Shown piece by piece: positions 51,843-64,000 of a stretch of 64,000 nt of DNA. Location of the stretch: NCBI RefSeq assembly GCF_006345805.1, contig NC_043003.1:4278001-4342000 (forward strand). The letters run 5' to 3'. The notes under the pieces were generated by a model. The model searched no databases. It was given only the letters and a program-made list of their open reading frames with translations, and was not told the DNA's origin. Position 1 is the first letter of the stretch, and each line of letters opens with the position of its first letter. The stretch is from Octopus sinensis (lineage: Eukaryota). Made by a program: the position numbers and the translations under genes.

Positions 51843-52930
51843 CTGGTATGCTTTGTGAATCACTCATTTTACACAAGAGGCAAAAGATAAAGAAGAGAAA
51901 GAACAATCTCTGGAACAACTCAATCAACATTTGTCCGAATTATGCACCACTCTTCATTCTTTACCTCATAATAATTATTTAAATAAAAATCCACCTACAG
52001 ATGGTACATGAATTAAAAACCGCATTACCCACATATGGAATGAAAAACTGAAAGCCAGAAAATTTTCTTTCTGGAATATGATTAAAAGCAACCACGAGGC
52101 AGAAATTTATGAACGCTGGTTAAATTCAACAGCAATAATTTTGCCTCGTAAATTCCAAATTAAACGTATTCCAAGCGAGCAGGACCAACAAAGACAATTA
52201 AGGGAGAAACTAACAATGGAAAAACATGAAGACAGAAATAGAACTCCTTAAGCTTAGAGCGCTAAGCAGTGAACAGAAATTTAAAAACATAGATGAAGAA
52301 ACCTACAACGAACAAATCCACCACCCACGATACAGACAGATACAGTGAACACATAGAAAGGTGTGCTAGGAACCTTAATCCTAATTTCCTAATTTTCCCC
52401 TTCTATCAATGTTCACAGAACACTTCAGTACAACAAATAATGATTAAAGAAGCAACTTTCATCCATAAATATCTGCCACAACTCAATATGAACACATACA
52501 GAACACTACTCACCTTTCAATTAATAACACCCATACACCCCATACACCATTCACATTACATATCTATATCTACCCTAATTGCACCAAATCAAGAACTACT
52601 TACCTCCCTTACACAATCTTTTCACTCAGGGACTAGTAGACCCGACACCGTTCATTAATCGGTGCGCATTCAAAGCAGTGATCAGTAATTTTACGAAACC
52701 GGTATGCTTTTGAATCTCTCTAACAATTCACAATAATGACTTTTATTACTTTTATTCTTACCTCAGTTCATCTAATTGTTTATATCTATCGTTACTTTTC
52801 ATAAAATTCCTTTACTTTTTTTATGTCCAATGTGCATTTTCGCTTATTTTTCTTCTTACTTTCCCCTTACATTTACACGCGTCGTTTCTATTTTCTTTTT
52901 ATAACATATTTCTATTATATATATATATAT
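51680..52930 (+). mobile_element. Penelope-like element, internally deleted (N-terminal domain fused to GIY-YIG C-terminus, RT absent)
   Basis: 52030-52310 encodes ARKFSFWNMIKS..EIYERWL..ILPRKFQIK..TEIELLKLR..KFKNIDEE. 52340-52490 encodes SEHIERCA..FLIFPFY..KEATFIHKYLPQLN. Partial direct repeat gaaac(c/t)ggtatgcttt at 51839 and 52695. Confidence 0.8.
52668..52715 (+). ncRNA. Degenerate hammerhead motif in the Penelope 3' repeat
   Basis: AAAGCA-gUGAUcA-GUA-auuu-UAC-GAAA-CCGG-UA-UGCUUU: 6-bp helix I, ACCGGU palindrome, two core substitutions. Confidence 0.7.
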
Positions 52931-53205
52931 ATATTATATATATATATATATATAATGTTCTTTATAAAATTATTTTAGCATTTTCTATCTTGACTGTTTT
53001 TCACCACACACACACACACACACACACACACCACACACACACACCCACACACACCCACACACATATATATATATATATATTAATGTATATATATATATAT
53101 ATATATAATTAATAATATCAAGGTAAGACAAAAATTTTGAAATTTTTTACTACCAGTGGCTTAGTGTGTAGGAAAATTAGTCAATAAACTATACATTAAT
53201 CATAT

Positions 53206-53570
53206 AAATACATTGTACATTTAAACACATAGAGGTAACCATCACAGGATACCTAGCACGCTAGAGGGAACAGCTAAAGTCCAAACCACTAATTAGTGAT
53301 AAATTCTCGAAGGGAAGGAAAAATAAAAACATTTACCATCTAACTCCTGGACCATGGTTTCTGACTGATGAAGACTCCGCCTAACAAATTATTTTATTTG
53401 CTAATATAGAGTCAGAAACCATGGTCCATGAGATGGATGGAAAATGTTTTTATTTTTCATTACCTTCGAAATGTATCCCTAATAGTGGCTTGGATTTTGG
53501 TTATTACTTCTAGCGTGCCAGGTATCCTATGATGGTTACCTCTTATGTGTTTAAAAGTACACTGTATTTA
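53206..53570. mobile_element. Foldback (arms about 160 bp) whose spacer carries a hammerhead core
   Basis: Innermost 18 bp perfect (ggaccatggtttctgact / agtcagaaaccatggtcc); outer arms imperfect. Confidence 0.85.
53365..53430 (+). ncRNA. Hammerhead ribozyme-like motif
   Basis: CUGAUGA-A-GACUC...GAGUC-A-GAAA-CCAUGG-UC with intact core and GUC triplet. Helix I partner appears overwritten by the left foldback arm. Confidence 0.6.
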
Positions 53571-53573
53571 TAT

Positions 53574-53620
<47 letters not shown>

Positions 53621-53744
53621 GGGAGAGAGAAAGAGAAAGGGAGAAGGAGAGAGCGGATGGTCTCACTAATGAAAGTGAGTTAATTAAACTTCCGAAGCTG
53701 GTTAATTACTTGAGACCAAGTTCCGGTGCGTCACGTGTTCTAGC

Positions 53745-53759
53745 TAGCGCCATCTAGAC
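53745..53759 (-). promoter_or_regulatory. CTCF-like motif next to ETS and CRE/E-box-like sites
   Basis: Minus strand TCTAGATGGCGCTA; ttccgg and gtcacgtg lie within 30 bp upstream. Confidence 0.35.
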
Positions 53760-54158
53760 TGCAATCACATCGTTCAACTAACTGCAAAAGAAAATAGACA
53801 CCAGATGAATATATTTTCAAACCTGTGGTTATAATCTGCGAAGGAATCGAGCTAGATGTCCAGGATAGATAATCCGGATCAATGTGGTTTGACGCCTGAT
53901 CACAACCAAGCAATCAGTTAACCAGTTCAGTTAGTAATCCGAAACATGTACCAGATCGATATGGAAATATTCAGTCTCCAAGCGAGGTTCATCGATCAGT
54001 TCGATCTGCTGTCAGAACTAAATACCAATCAATCTGATTCAACCGCAGATTAAGTCCTCCATTGAGTCCACTTAGCTGTCACAAATACGGTAGGTGTGGA
54101 CTGCTCTTAGCGTATGGAAGTGGTTCAGTCCGTGATCACAGTCCACCAAACAGTAGGT

Positions 54159-54507
54159 CCCGGAACAGAAATCAACGGAACAGCCTGCTCGTGAAATTAA
54201 CGTGTAAGTGGCTGAGCACTCCACAGACACGTGTACCCTTAACGTAGTTCTCGGGGATATTCAGTGTGACACAGAGAGTGACAAGGCCGGCCCTTTGAAA
54301 TACAGGTACAACAGAAACAGGAAGTAAGAGTGAGAGAAAGTTGTGGTGAAAGAGTACAGCAGGGATCACCACCATCCCCTGTCGGAGCCTCGTGGAACTT
54401 TAGGTGTTTTCGCTCAATAAACACTCACAACGCCCGGTCTGGGAATCGAAACCGCGATCCTATGACCGCGAGTCCACTGCCCTAACCACTGGGCCATTGC
54501 GCCTCCA
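54159..54507 (-). mobile_element. SINE family C with 12-bp TSD, lacking the normal 3' terminus
   Basis: TSD caaacagtaggt at 54147-54158 and 54508-54519. Confidence 0.93.
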
Positions 54508-54802
54508 CAAACAGTAGGTACCACTCTCAGTAAAAATCAATCTGCTCGAGGCGCTGACCCCTGTGCAGCAAGTCAGTCACATTGTTGTCAAACACAGGTT
54601 CAATGAAATGCGGCCAGTCTCAGACCACAGTCCAGCGATCATTCGGCCGAATTGTGGCGAGTAGGTGTGTGTGTGCTCACAGCATACTCGGAGTGGCCAT
54701 CAAAGAAGAGGACACACTCATAACCGTCGCATGTTTCCCATTTATGGTTTTGTTTACTTGGACAAATCGATGTTTTTGAGGTCCGCAAAGAAACAAAACA
54801 AA

Positions 54803-54902
54803 NNNNNNNNNNNNNNNNNNNNNNNNNNNNNNNNNNNNNNNNNNNNNNNNNNNNNNNNNNNNNNNNNNNNNNNNNNNNNNNNNNNNNNNNNNNNNNNNNN
54901 NN
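54803..54902. other. Assembly gap (100 N)
   Basis: Round-number N run typical of a scaffold join of unknown size. Confidence 0.99.
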
Positions 54903-55579
54903 TAGAAATCTCCTGAAAATAAACACAACGATAACATGCAATATAAACATAACGTCACAAGAAATTTGAAAAGCTACACGCGAAAGCGGTATTTCTGTTA
55001 ATTTATGTCATTATAAGAGGGAAAAAATTTTTTTTAATTTTCTAATATTCTTCAGACATATTGACGCAAATATATATATTTTTTAACATTCAAGCCTTCT
55101 GTCGTTTTTTCACTCTACTATTTTCTATATATATATATACTTGTACTGTTTTTGTTTGCTTTTGTCTTTTGTTTTGTTTTATTTTGTTTTTTTTTATTAG
55201 TTGTTCTTACTCTTCCCTTCCGCCTTTGCAGTAAATATACAAAATACATTTATGGTAAGTTTAGAGTTTAAAAAATACAAATATTGCCGTATAAAGTAAT
55301 CGCCGAGAACACACACACACACATACAGACTCACACACACATATATAAACGGGTTGAGGGCGAGAGACAGTGAATCATACGTGAGTCATTGCCTAAGTCT
55401 TAGAAAGAGAGAGGGATTTTGAGAAAAAAAGATTGAGAAAACGAGAGGTATTGTTTCACCGACTGTTGACTTTTTGAAAGTAGATAAAGGTGTGTCTTGG
55501 ACACTGGAACGAATAATTGGTAAGTCAATATGTTGGGTATGAAGAAGCGTGTGTTGCTTTGAATGATGCAAAGAACTGG

Positions 55580-55600
55580 ATAATAATAATAATAATAATA

Positions 55601-55662
<62 letters not shown>
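55580..55662. repeat. (AAT)n microsatellite
   Basis: Directly visible. Confidence 0.97.
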
Positions 55663-55663
<1 letters not shown>

Positions 55664-55749
55664 TGGTGACGATGAAGGCTAGGACGACGAGGCGAAGGAG
55701 GGGGAAAGAACAAGATATACACGTAACGAAACTAAAATAAAATTTAAAA

Positions 55750-56060
55750 AATACAAAAATAATTCCAACGAAATTTATTCCAACAAAAATCAATCCCACA
55801 AAAACAATTCCCACAAAAATAATCCCCACGAAAATTGTTCCCACAAAAATGAACCCCACAAAAATAATTCCTTTGAAAATAGTCCCCACAAAAATTATTC
55901 CCACGAAAATTATTCCAGCAAAACTTAATCCCGCAGAAACAATTCCCCACGAAAATAATCCCCACGAAAAATCGTTCCCACAAAAATACACCCCACAAAA
56001 ATAATTCCTACGAAAATAATACCCGCAAAAATAATTTCCACGAAAATTATTCCCCATACA
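55750..56060. repeat. Degenerate 15-bp minisatellite (aaaataattcccac(a/g)), about 20 copies
   Basis: Period of 15 gives the GIIFV pentapeptide pseudo-ORF. Confidence 0.9.
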
Positions 56061-56081
56061 AAGGGTGTTAATAGCAAGGTA

Positions 56082-56185
56082 AAGGCGCATGGCTCAGTGG
56101 CTAGAACGTCGAGCTTACGACCGTGAGGTTATGAGTTCGAACCACGTTGCTCCATTCCACTCAGCTGTAGAAATGAGTCGCAATC
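56082..56185 (+). mobile_element. SINE C2-like head fragment with internal deletion
   Basis: ggcgcatggctcagtggctag...gagttcgaacc followed by cacgttgctccattccactcagctg. Confidence 0.7.
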
Positions 56186-56699
56186 CCATGGTCATTCGTG
56201 GCCGAAGGGATCTCTTCCTAGTAGTGAGGTGTACTCGAAGAACGTCACAGAGACTGATTCACTGTCAACATGGATAAGCACTCTCTCTCTCTCACTCTCT
56301 CTCTTATCGTCTTCATACCTACACGCGCACGCTCAGAGCAGGGCCGTTCACTCGAGTCACGCTCACAACTATCACCCACCTTTCAAGAAATTTATTGGGA
56401 GTTTGTACTTCTGTCTCCCCGCTGTCAACTTTCTTTCCAAGTAAACTTGGATGGTCAACGAGGGCTTCACTGGGGAAGGAGAATATTTTTATATGTCTTC
56501 CACCATACCAGTTCTTTTACCATTACCACAGGCAAATGGAAACTGCCTTTCCCATTCAAAACAAAGTGGTCTCAGCCCATACCCAGAACCCTTCTACACG
56601 TGAGAGCAAATGTCGCCCAAAACTCCACAAGCAAGTGGTACACGGATACTTGAGAATGGTTTTGTTACTCAGTGTGTATTTCGGACAGGCCCACCTGAG

Positions 56700-57043
56700 G
56701 GCAATTCGATGGCTTGCTACATGCAACCTACGGTACCATGCTATTCGTTCTTTTCAGCTATCTAATACTTTCCTGATTATTCTGGCCGTGCCAAGGAAGC
56801 AAGCCATTTGTAACAGATCTACTGGGCACTCTATTCCAATTTCATTTATATCCCTCTTGATGCCTTCCCCAAGGACCCAATAATAAATGGCGCTTTCTGC
56901 ACCTGCTTCATTTTCCATAGTCGGGCTATTTCGTTTTTAAGAGCGTTGTATCTATTTATCTTTTCGCCTTTATTCTTGACACTTCGTGGGTCAAAGGAGT
57001 ATGCAATATCAACTATATAGCACATGTGGTGTACCTTGTCCAC
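56700..57043 (-). mobile_element. R4/Dong-like RLE LINE 3' fragment, diverged family
   Basis: CYIVDIAYSFD..EKINRYNALKNEIARLWKM..IIGSLG..LLQMACFLGTARIIRKVLDS* (restriction-like endonuclease C-terminus). Confidence 0.8.
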
Positions 57044-57052
57044 TTATTATTA

Positions 57053-57098
<46 letters not shown>

Positions 57099-57102
57099 CA
57101 TC

Positions 57103-57138
<36 letters not shown>

Positions 57139-57175
57139 CATCATTATCGTTATTATTATTATTATTATTATTATT

Positions 57176-58590
57176 CAGTAGTTTTATTTTTATAGCGTGC
57201 TTTCACTTCACTACCGAGCGCAGCTCTGTGTGCCTTGGGTATGTGCTGTGATTTGTTGTGATGCTCTGATGGTTATTGTATGGAAAGTGTTCTGCGTAGG
57301 ATGTGTGCAGTGCCTAGTAGTGCATTTTCTGTATGTTATATGTGTTTGTAAGTCCTGGTGTTTTTGTTATGCATTTGTCTGAATATTTTTTATCATGCCT
57401 AATGCACCTACTATGATAGGAATTGTTTCTGTTTTCAGGTTCCACATTCTAGTTACCTCTATTTCAGGTCTTTGTATTTTGAGAGTTTCTCCATTTCTTT
57501 TAGAGACACGTTGTCATCTGCCGGTATTGATACATCAATTAGAAAGCTTTTTTCTTCATGATCTCTGATAACTATATCTGGTCTGTTGGCCTTAATTTCT
57601 CTATCTGTGTGTATCGGCATATCCCAGAGTATGGTTGCTTTCTCGTTTTCTGTGACCTTTTCTGGTGTGTGCCTATACCATCTTTTTCTGTTGTTATTCC
57701 ATAATGTTGGCATAGCTTCCAATGTATGTAGGTTCCAACTCTGTTATGTCTGTGAATATATTCCTTCTTAGCCAGGACTGGGCAGCTAGAGATAATATGA
57801 TTTATTGTTTCTTGTCCATCTCCACATATTCTGCAGTTACTTGTAATATTTCTTTTCATTACATGTTTTTGGTAATTTCTGGTGGGGAGGCTTTGGTCTT
57901 GTGCTGCAATTAAAAACCTCTGTTTCTGCTTTGAGTCCTGAGCTTCTCAACCATTGCTGGGATTTTTCTTTGTCTATTTTCTTTGCGTTTAGTTTAGTGC
58001 AGTATTTACCATGAAGGGGGCTTTCTTGCAATCGTTATCATGGCTCGTTGCTGTTCTATTTTTAGTTTGGATTTCATTTGGTTTTATAGCTTTTTGTGTT
58101 TCTTCATCATCTTCTTCTTCTTCTTTGTGTTTATTAGGTGGTATGATTTCTTGTTTGTATTTGTCAGCTTCCTTAAATACTGAGAACAGTTTTTTGTTTG
58201 CTCGTGTTTTGCTGCTATCTGGATCAGTTTTCCTTCCTTCTGAAGTAGGATTTTTGCAGTCCTATGGTGGTTATTTTATAGTAGTTTTCCAGCTGTATAA
58301 GGCCTCTACCACCTTCTATACGTTGTATATATAGTTTTCTATGTCAGATTTTGGGTGATGCATCCTAGATCCTGTCAGTATTTTCTTGTTTTCCTATCTA
58401 TTTTGGACAGTTCATTTCGTGTCCAGTTAAGGATATTGTAGCTGTAAATTATAACTGGGACAGCTAAAGTGTTGATACCTATTATCTTGTTTTTAGCATT
58501 GAGCTCTGTTTTTAGTATTGATCTAACTCGTCTATAATATTCTTTTTTATTTTCTCTTTTTTGTGTGTGTTGGTCTTATCTAGTTCATGG
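57176..58590 (-). mobile_element. R4/Dong-clade RLE LINE, 5'-truncated, frameshifted
   Basis: LHGKY..WLRSSGLKAETE..CRICGDGQETINHIISSCPVLAKKEYIHRH (CCHC)..ILWDMPIHTDREIKANRPDIVI..LIDVSIPAD..KLSKYKDL (PD..D/ExK). Flanked by (TAA)n. Confidence 0.93.
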
Positions 58591-58647
58591 ATTATTATTA
58601 TTATTATTATTATTATCATTATATTATTATATTATTATTATTATTAT

Positions 58648-59238
58648 TCAGTAGTTTTATTTATAGCGTGCTTTCACTTCACTACCGAGCGCAGCTTGTG
58701 TGCCTTGGGTATGTGCTGTGATTTGTTGTGATGCTCTGATGGTTATTGTATGGAAATGTTCTGCGTAGGATGTGTGCAGTGCCTAGTAGTGCAATTTTCT
58801 GTATGTTATATGTGTTTGTAAGTCCTGGTGTTTTTGTATGCATTTGTCTGAATATTTTTTATCATGCCTAATGCACCTACTATGATAGGAATTGTTTCTG
58901 TTTTCAGGTTCCACATTCTAGTTACCTCTATTTCCAGGTCTTTGTATTTTGAGAGTTTCTCCATTTCTTTTAGAGACACGTTGTCATCTGCCGGTATTGA
59001 TACATCAATTAGAAAGCATTTTTTTCTTCATGATCTCTGACAACTATATCTGGTCTGTTGGCCTTAATTCTCTATCTGTGTGTATCGGCATATCCCAGAG
59101 TATGGTTGCTTTCTCGTTTTCTGTGACCTTTTCTGGTGTGTGCCTATACCATCTTTTTTCTGTTGTTATTCCATAATGTCGGCATAGCTTCCAATGTATG
59201 TAGGTTCCAACTCTGTCATGTCTGTGAATATATTCCTT
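58648..59238 (-). mobile_element. Second, shorter copy of the same R4/Dong-like LINE
   Basis: Near-identical to 57176-57767; (TAA)n on both sides. Confidence 0.92.
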
Positions 59239-59254
59239 ATTATTATTATTATTA

Positions 59255-59301
<47 letters not shown>

Positions 59302-59446
59302 AATCACGACATATTTGTGTTTTTGAAAGCAAAATTATTAACTTTATCCCCAATCTAATAAAGATCACTATTATTATTATGCTTTAAAGAAGTATTACAT
59401 ATTAGTATAGCTGTTCTTCTTATTATTATTATTATTGTCATTATTA

Positions 59447-59504
<58 letters not shown>

Positions 59505-59891
59505 ATTATTATTATCATTATCATTATATTCCCGTTTCCTTATAAATAATTTTCGCCCGTTTCTTCCATGTTTGTTTTTTCAACGTAATGAAACGGATAA
59601 GACCAAAAACAAGAAACGAAAGAGACCTAGCAACCAAAAACAAAAAAAAAAACAAAAATAAAAACAAAACAGAAAAACAGAAAACATTGAAACTAAAAGT
59701 TAAAAACACAAACAACAACTGCATTGGAGTTGGTAAAGTAAAGCTACAGATGCTTTGCTTGTATTGAATAGGAGGTCAGCGAGTGAAGCAAGAGATTGGG
59801 TGACACTTAATACGCAGATCGAGTTTATATACGACAGACTTCACATGTTATAAATGTGATATCTAATATATACATACACACACACACACAC

Positions 59892-59927
<36 letters not shown>

Positions 59928-60210
59928 GCGCATGTGTGTGTGTGTGTGTGTATGTTCATATGTATGTAGGTATGGCCGACGTTGAATTATGTTAAGCGTT
60001 GCACTCTCCTTGCTGTAGTGTTTGCTTGTACAGCGTCGCCATTATAAATAATCGCCAAATATATTTCTTGTCACTTTAAGACACTTCTTCCTGAATGCTG
60101 AAGGCCAGACTAATAGGCTAATAGGACGCTTTCATTACTATATATATATGTGTGTGTGTGTATGTGTGTCTGTGTCTGTGTGTGTATGTGTGTCTGTGTC
60201 TGTGTGTGTG

Positions 60211-60259
<49 letters not shown>

Positions 60260-60270
60260 GTATATATATA

Positions 60271-60397
60271 TGGCCTGGTCGCTTAGCCAGTGGGGTGGCG
60301 TCATTTGAAGGCTAAAACAATGCGAAGCGCATTGTGACCAGCAATGTGTAGCAACATCTGATAGCCTGGTCGGTCATGGTGATCATGGTGGTGATAT

Positions 60398-60476
<79 letters not shown>

Positions 60477-60727
60477 TATATATATATATATATATATATA
60501 TTTAATTTTATTTGTTTGGGAATAAAAATTCCGGCATAACAGGGGTTCAAATTATTCTCAATGGAGAAATATATATTCCTTTAGAGATAGTAGGCCCCTT
60601 CATCTCACCATATAAAAAAGGATTTTTATTTTAAATACCAAGTTATAAAGTAGTAGGGATTAAAATAAAATTCGTTTTTATAGGTGAGATGAAGGGGCCT
60701 ACTATCTCTAAATGAATATATATATAT

Positions 60728-60772
<45 letters not shown>

Positions 60773-61320
60773 GGTAAAACCTTGAAACTCGGGTACGTGT
60801 GTATCATGAGTTGAAGACGGGGAGGATGACTCCCCTTCACAAATACTGAGAGGACACAGATAGTGCGTCTATAGCCGCTGGAGGAGATATCTTCCTGGGG
60901 CTACAAACTACAGTAGCATCCACCCTTATGGGTTAGCCATATTCAAATGGCAATATGCGTCACGATATATATATATATATATTCATTTAGAGATCTTTAA
61001 TTTGCTTCAGTCATTTTGACTACGCCCATTCTTTGTAAGCCAAGTACTTATTCTATCGCTCCCTTTTGCCGAACCCCTAAGTTACAGGGACGTAAACGCG
61101 CCAACATCGGTCGTCAAGTGTAGGTGGGGGGACAAACGCAAACATACAGACATATACACACACACCATATATATATATGTATATATATATGGCCTGGTCG
61201 CTTAGCCAGTGGGGTGGCGTCATTTGAAGGCTAAAACAATGCGAAGCGCATTGTGACCAGCAATGTGTAGCAACATCTGATAGCCTGGTCGGTCATGGTG
61301 ATCATGGTGGTGATATATAT

Positions 61321-61398
<78 letters not shown>

Positions 61399-61633
61399 AT
61401 ATATATAATATATATATTTAATTTTATTTGTTTGGGAATAAAAATTCCGGCATAACAGGGGTTCAAATTATTCTCAATGGAGAAATATATATATTCCTTT
61501 AGAGATAGTAGGCCCCTTCATCTCACCATATAAAAAAGGATTTTTATTTTAAATACCAAGTTATAAAGTAGTAGGGATTAAAATAAAATTCGTTTTTATA
61601 GGTGAGATGAAGGGGCCTACTATCTCTAAATGA

Positions 61634-61690
<57 letters not shown>

Positions 61691-62098
61691 GGTAAACACC
61701 TTGAAACTCGGGTACGTGTGTATCATGAGTTGAAGACGGGGAGGATGACTCCCCTTCACAAATACTGAGAGGACACAGATAGTGCGTCTATAGCCAGCTG
61801 GAGGAGATATCTTCCTGGGGCTACAAACTACAGTAGCATCCACCCTTATGGGTTAGCCATATTCAAATGGCAAATATGCGTCACGATATATATATATATA
61901 TTCATTTAGAGATCTTTAATTTGCTTCAGTCATTTTGACTACGCCCATTCTTTGTAAGCCAAGTACTTATTCTATCGCTCCCTTTTGCCGAACCCCTAAG
62001 TTACAGGGACGTAAACGCGCCAACATCGGTCGTCAAGTGTAGGTGGGGGGACAAACGCAAACATACAGACATATACACACACACCATATATATATATA
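60271..62098 (+). repeat. Tandem duplication with period 919 bp (60271-61178 / 61190-62098)
   Basis: Copies differ mainly by single-base indels and microsatellite length. Confidence 0.95.
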
Positions 62099-62262
62099 CA
62101 TATACACGAGGGGCTTCTTTCAATTTCCGTCTACCGTATCCACTCACAAGGCTTTAGTCGGCCCGAGGCTATAGTAGAAGACACTTGCCCAAAATGCCAC
62201 GCAGTGGGACTGAACCCGGAACCACGTGGTTTGTACACAGAGTACTTACCACACAGCTATTC
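61918..62262 (-). mobile_element. SINE family A with internal deletion (3' half duplicated at 60998-61140)
   Basis: The tail and body are present in both duplicated units; the head follows only the second unit. Confidence 0.88.
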
Positions 62263-62647
62263 CATATATATATATATAAGTTCAGCAAAATTTAGATTTA
62301 GATGAATATGGTACTTAAGTTAAAGGCACCAGAATTTGGTATGGTATTATCCATAAAAATTAAATGGGGTGATTATAATCAAAATAAGCAACAAGGATAT
62401 CCAAAGTAGAGTAGTACAATTATTTCATGCTACTTCATTTTATTAAACACTGTAAGTATTACATCAGTTTTAAAATGTCGAGCAATCTTCAACCACATAT
62501 AGAATTTTTTAATTTATAAATATATATATAGAGAGAGTGGTTGTATACTGTCAACTTAACGTGACAGTCCTGTAAGGAAATTTCACCACCGCTGTTTAGC
62601 CATAAGAAGCATCGACGCTTCCTGTCGGCCTTGACACATTTCCTGTA

Positions 62648-62776
62648 TGGTAAGCAGTTTGGTTACCAGCCACGTGCTTCCGGGTTCAGTCCCACTGCGT
62701 GTCACCTTGGGCAAGTCTTCTGCTATAGTCTCGGGCCGACCAATGCCTTGTGAGTGGATTTGGTAGACGGAAACTC
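62648..62776 (+). mobile_element. SINE family A head half
   Basis: tggtaagcagtttggttaccagccacgtgcttccgggttcagtcccactgcg...tttggtagacggaaact. Confidence 0.88.
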
Positions 62777-62799
62777 TGTGTGTGTGTGTGTGTGCGTGC

Positions 62800-62835
<36 letters not shown>

Positions 62836-62999
62836 GTGTGTATATATTTGATTGTCTGCTTTTGCCTTTATGCAGATACGTATGTATGTATGGATATAAT
62901 TGAAGACAATATATTATTTATATATGGAAATATACAGTCATGCGTAATCTTTCTCTCTCACCCTCTTTCTTTGTGTGTTTCACATTCACACACCAACAA

Positions 63000-63031
<32 letters not shown>

Positions 63032-63617
63032 ACACACACACACACTGACACACGCACACACACACACACGCACACATGTTTATGAATGAAACTTGCAGAA
63101 ATGCAAATTTTTCAAAATGAAGATTAAACTTAAGACCATGAACTATTGTATGGCTGCATGTATGTACATATGCTTGTATGTATATATATATATGTGTGTA
63201 TATGTCTCTGTATGCCTATGTGTGCACTTATGTGCGTAGCTACTGATCTCGGCGCAAGTATGTAATGTGTTTGAAGTTGTGACAGAATCACGCATTTATT
63301 ATGGGGAATAATCTTTATATCCATTAACTTCTGACCCACATAAAGATCAGTACTATACACAGCGAACACACACACACAACACTCTTATATGCATATATAT
63401 ATATGAGTGTGTGTTTACATATGCATGTATGCGTATGTGTGTGTGTATGCATGCATCAGTGTTGTAGTCAGTAACCATATAGCAGTGGGAATGTAACCGT
63501 TTGGTATTGATTCTCAGACAAAAATTCTGCTGTACATAGACACACACTTGTGAGCACACAACCATACACACACACACGAACATGTATATGTATATTATAT
63601 GTATTCATGTATGCGTC

Positions 63618-63702
<85 letters not shown>

Positions 63703-64000
63703 TTATTTACATGCATACAAATATATATATATATCTGTATTTAAATAAGTTTGTGTATATATGCATATGTACAAATTTGTGTGTGTGTGTTTGTGTAATG
63801 AAATACACGCGCATATGTTTGATAAATGTGTGTTGAAATTTTGAATAGCCATCCGAAGAGGAGGGGAGAGAGTGGGTGAGAGAGATCATGCTGGTCTCTA
63901 ATCGTTGCTGTACTTCCTGTTGCTAGCTAAGGCCCCGTTGCCATGTATTTTATCTCGAGTATTGAAATCTCTGCCATTTTTAATATTATCTTTCATCCTT

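Noticed and set aside
54600-55000. ORFs spanning the N run
   Set aside because: Artefact of translating the gap; the two sides may not be contiguous.
55386-56090. 234-aa ORF with GIIFV repeats and poly-Leu
   Set aside because: It is produced by the 15-bp minisatellite and (AAT)n; not a pentapeptide-repeat gene.

Overview
AT-rich, microsatellite-saturated animal genomic DNA. The SINE families and (TA)n/(CA)n load fit an octopus (coleoid cephalopod) assembly; this is inferred from recognition, not from a search. Nearly all ORFs in the supplied track are translations of simple repeats, and no intact protein-coding gene can be identified. The window holds about 35 SINE copies from four tRNA-derived or related families. 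It also holds decayed LINEs (two RTE types, a CR1/Jockey-like fragment, three stacked R4/Dong-type RLE elements in a (TAA)n array), an RT-less Penelope-like element, and a Chapaev3-like DNA transposon remnant with nested insertions. Several mariner/Tc1 MITEs, many long foldback inverted repeats, tandem duplications and a 100-N scaffold gap are also present. The most notable signal is a set of at least six full-length minimal hammerhead-ribozyme motifs with palindromic helix III, plus several half or degenerate motifs. They belong to different short repeat families, often lie in or beside foldbacks, and one sits at the 3' end of the Penelope remnant. A few splice-signal-bounded candidate exons and two CTCF-like motifs lie in repeat-free islands. 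There is no CRISPR array, rRNA or bona fide tRNA gene.
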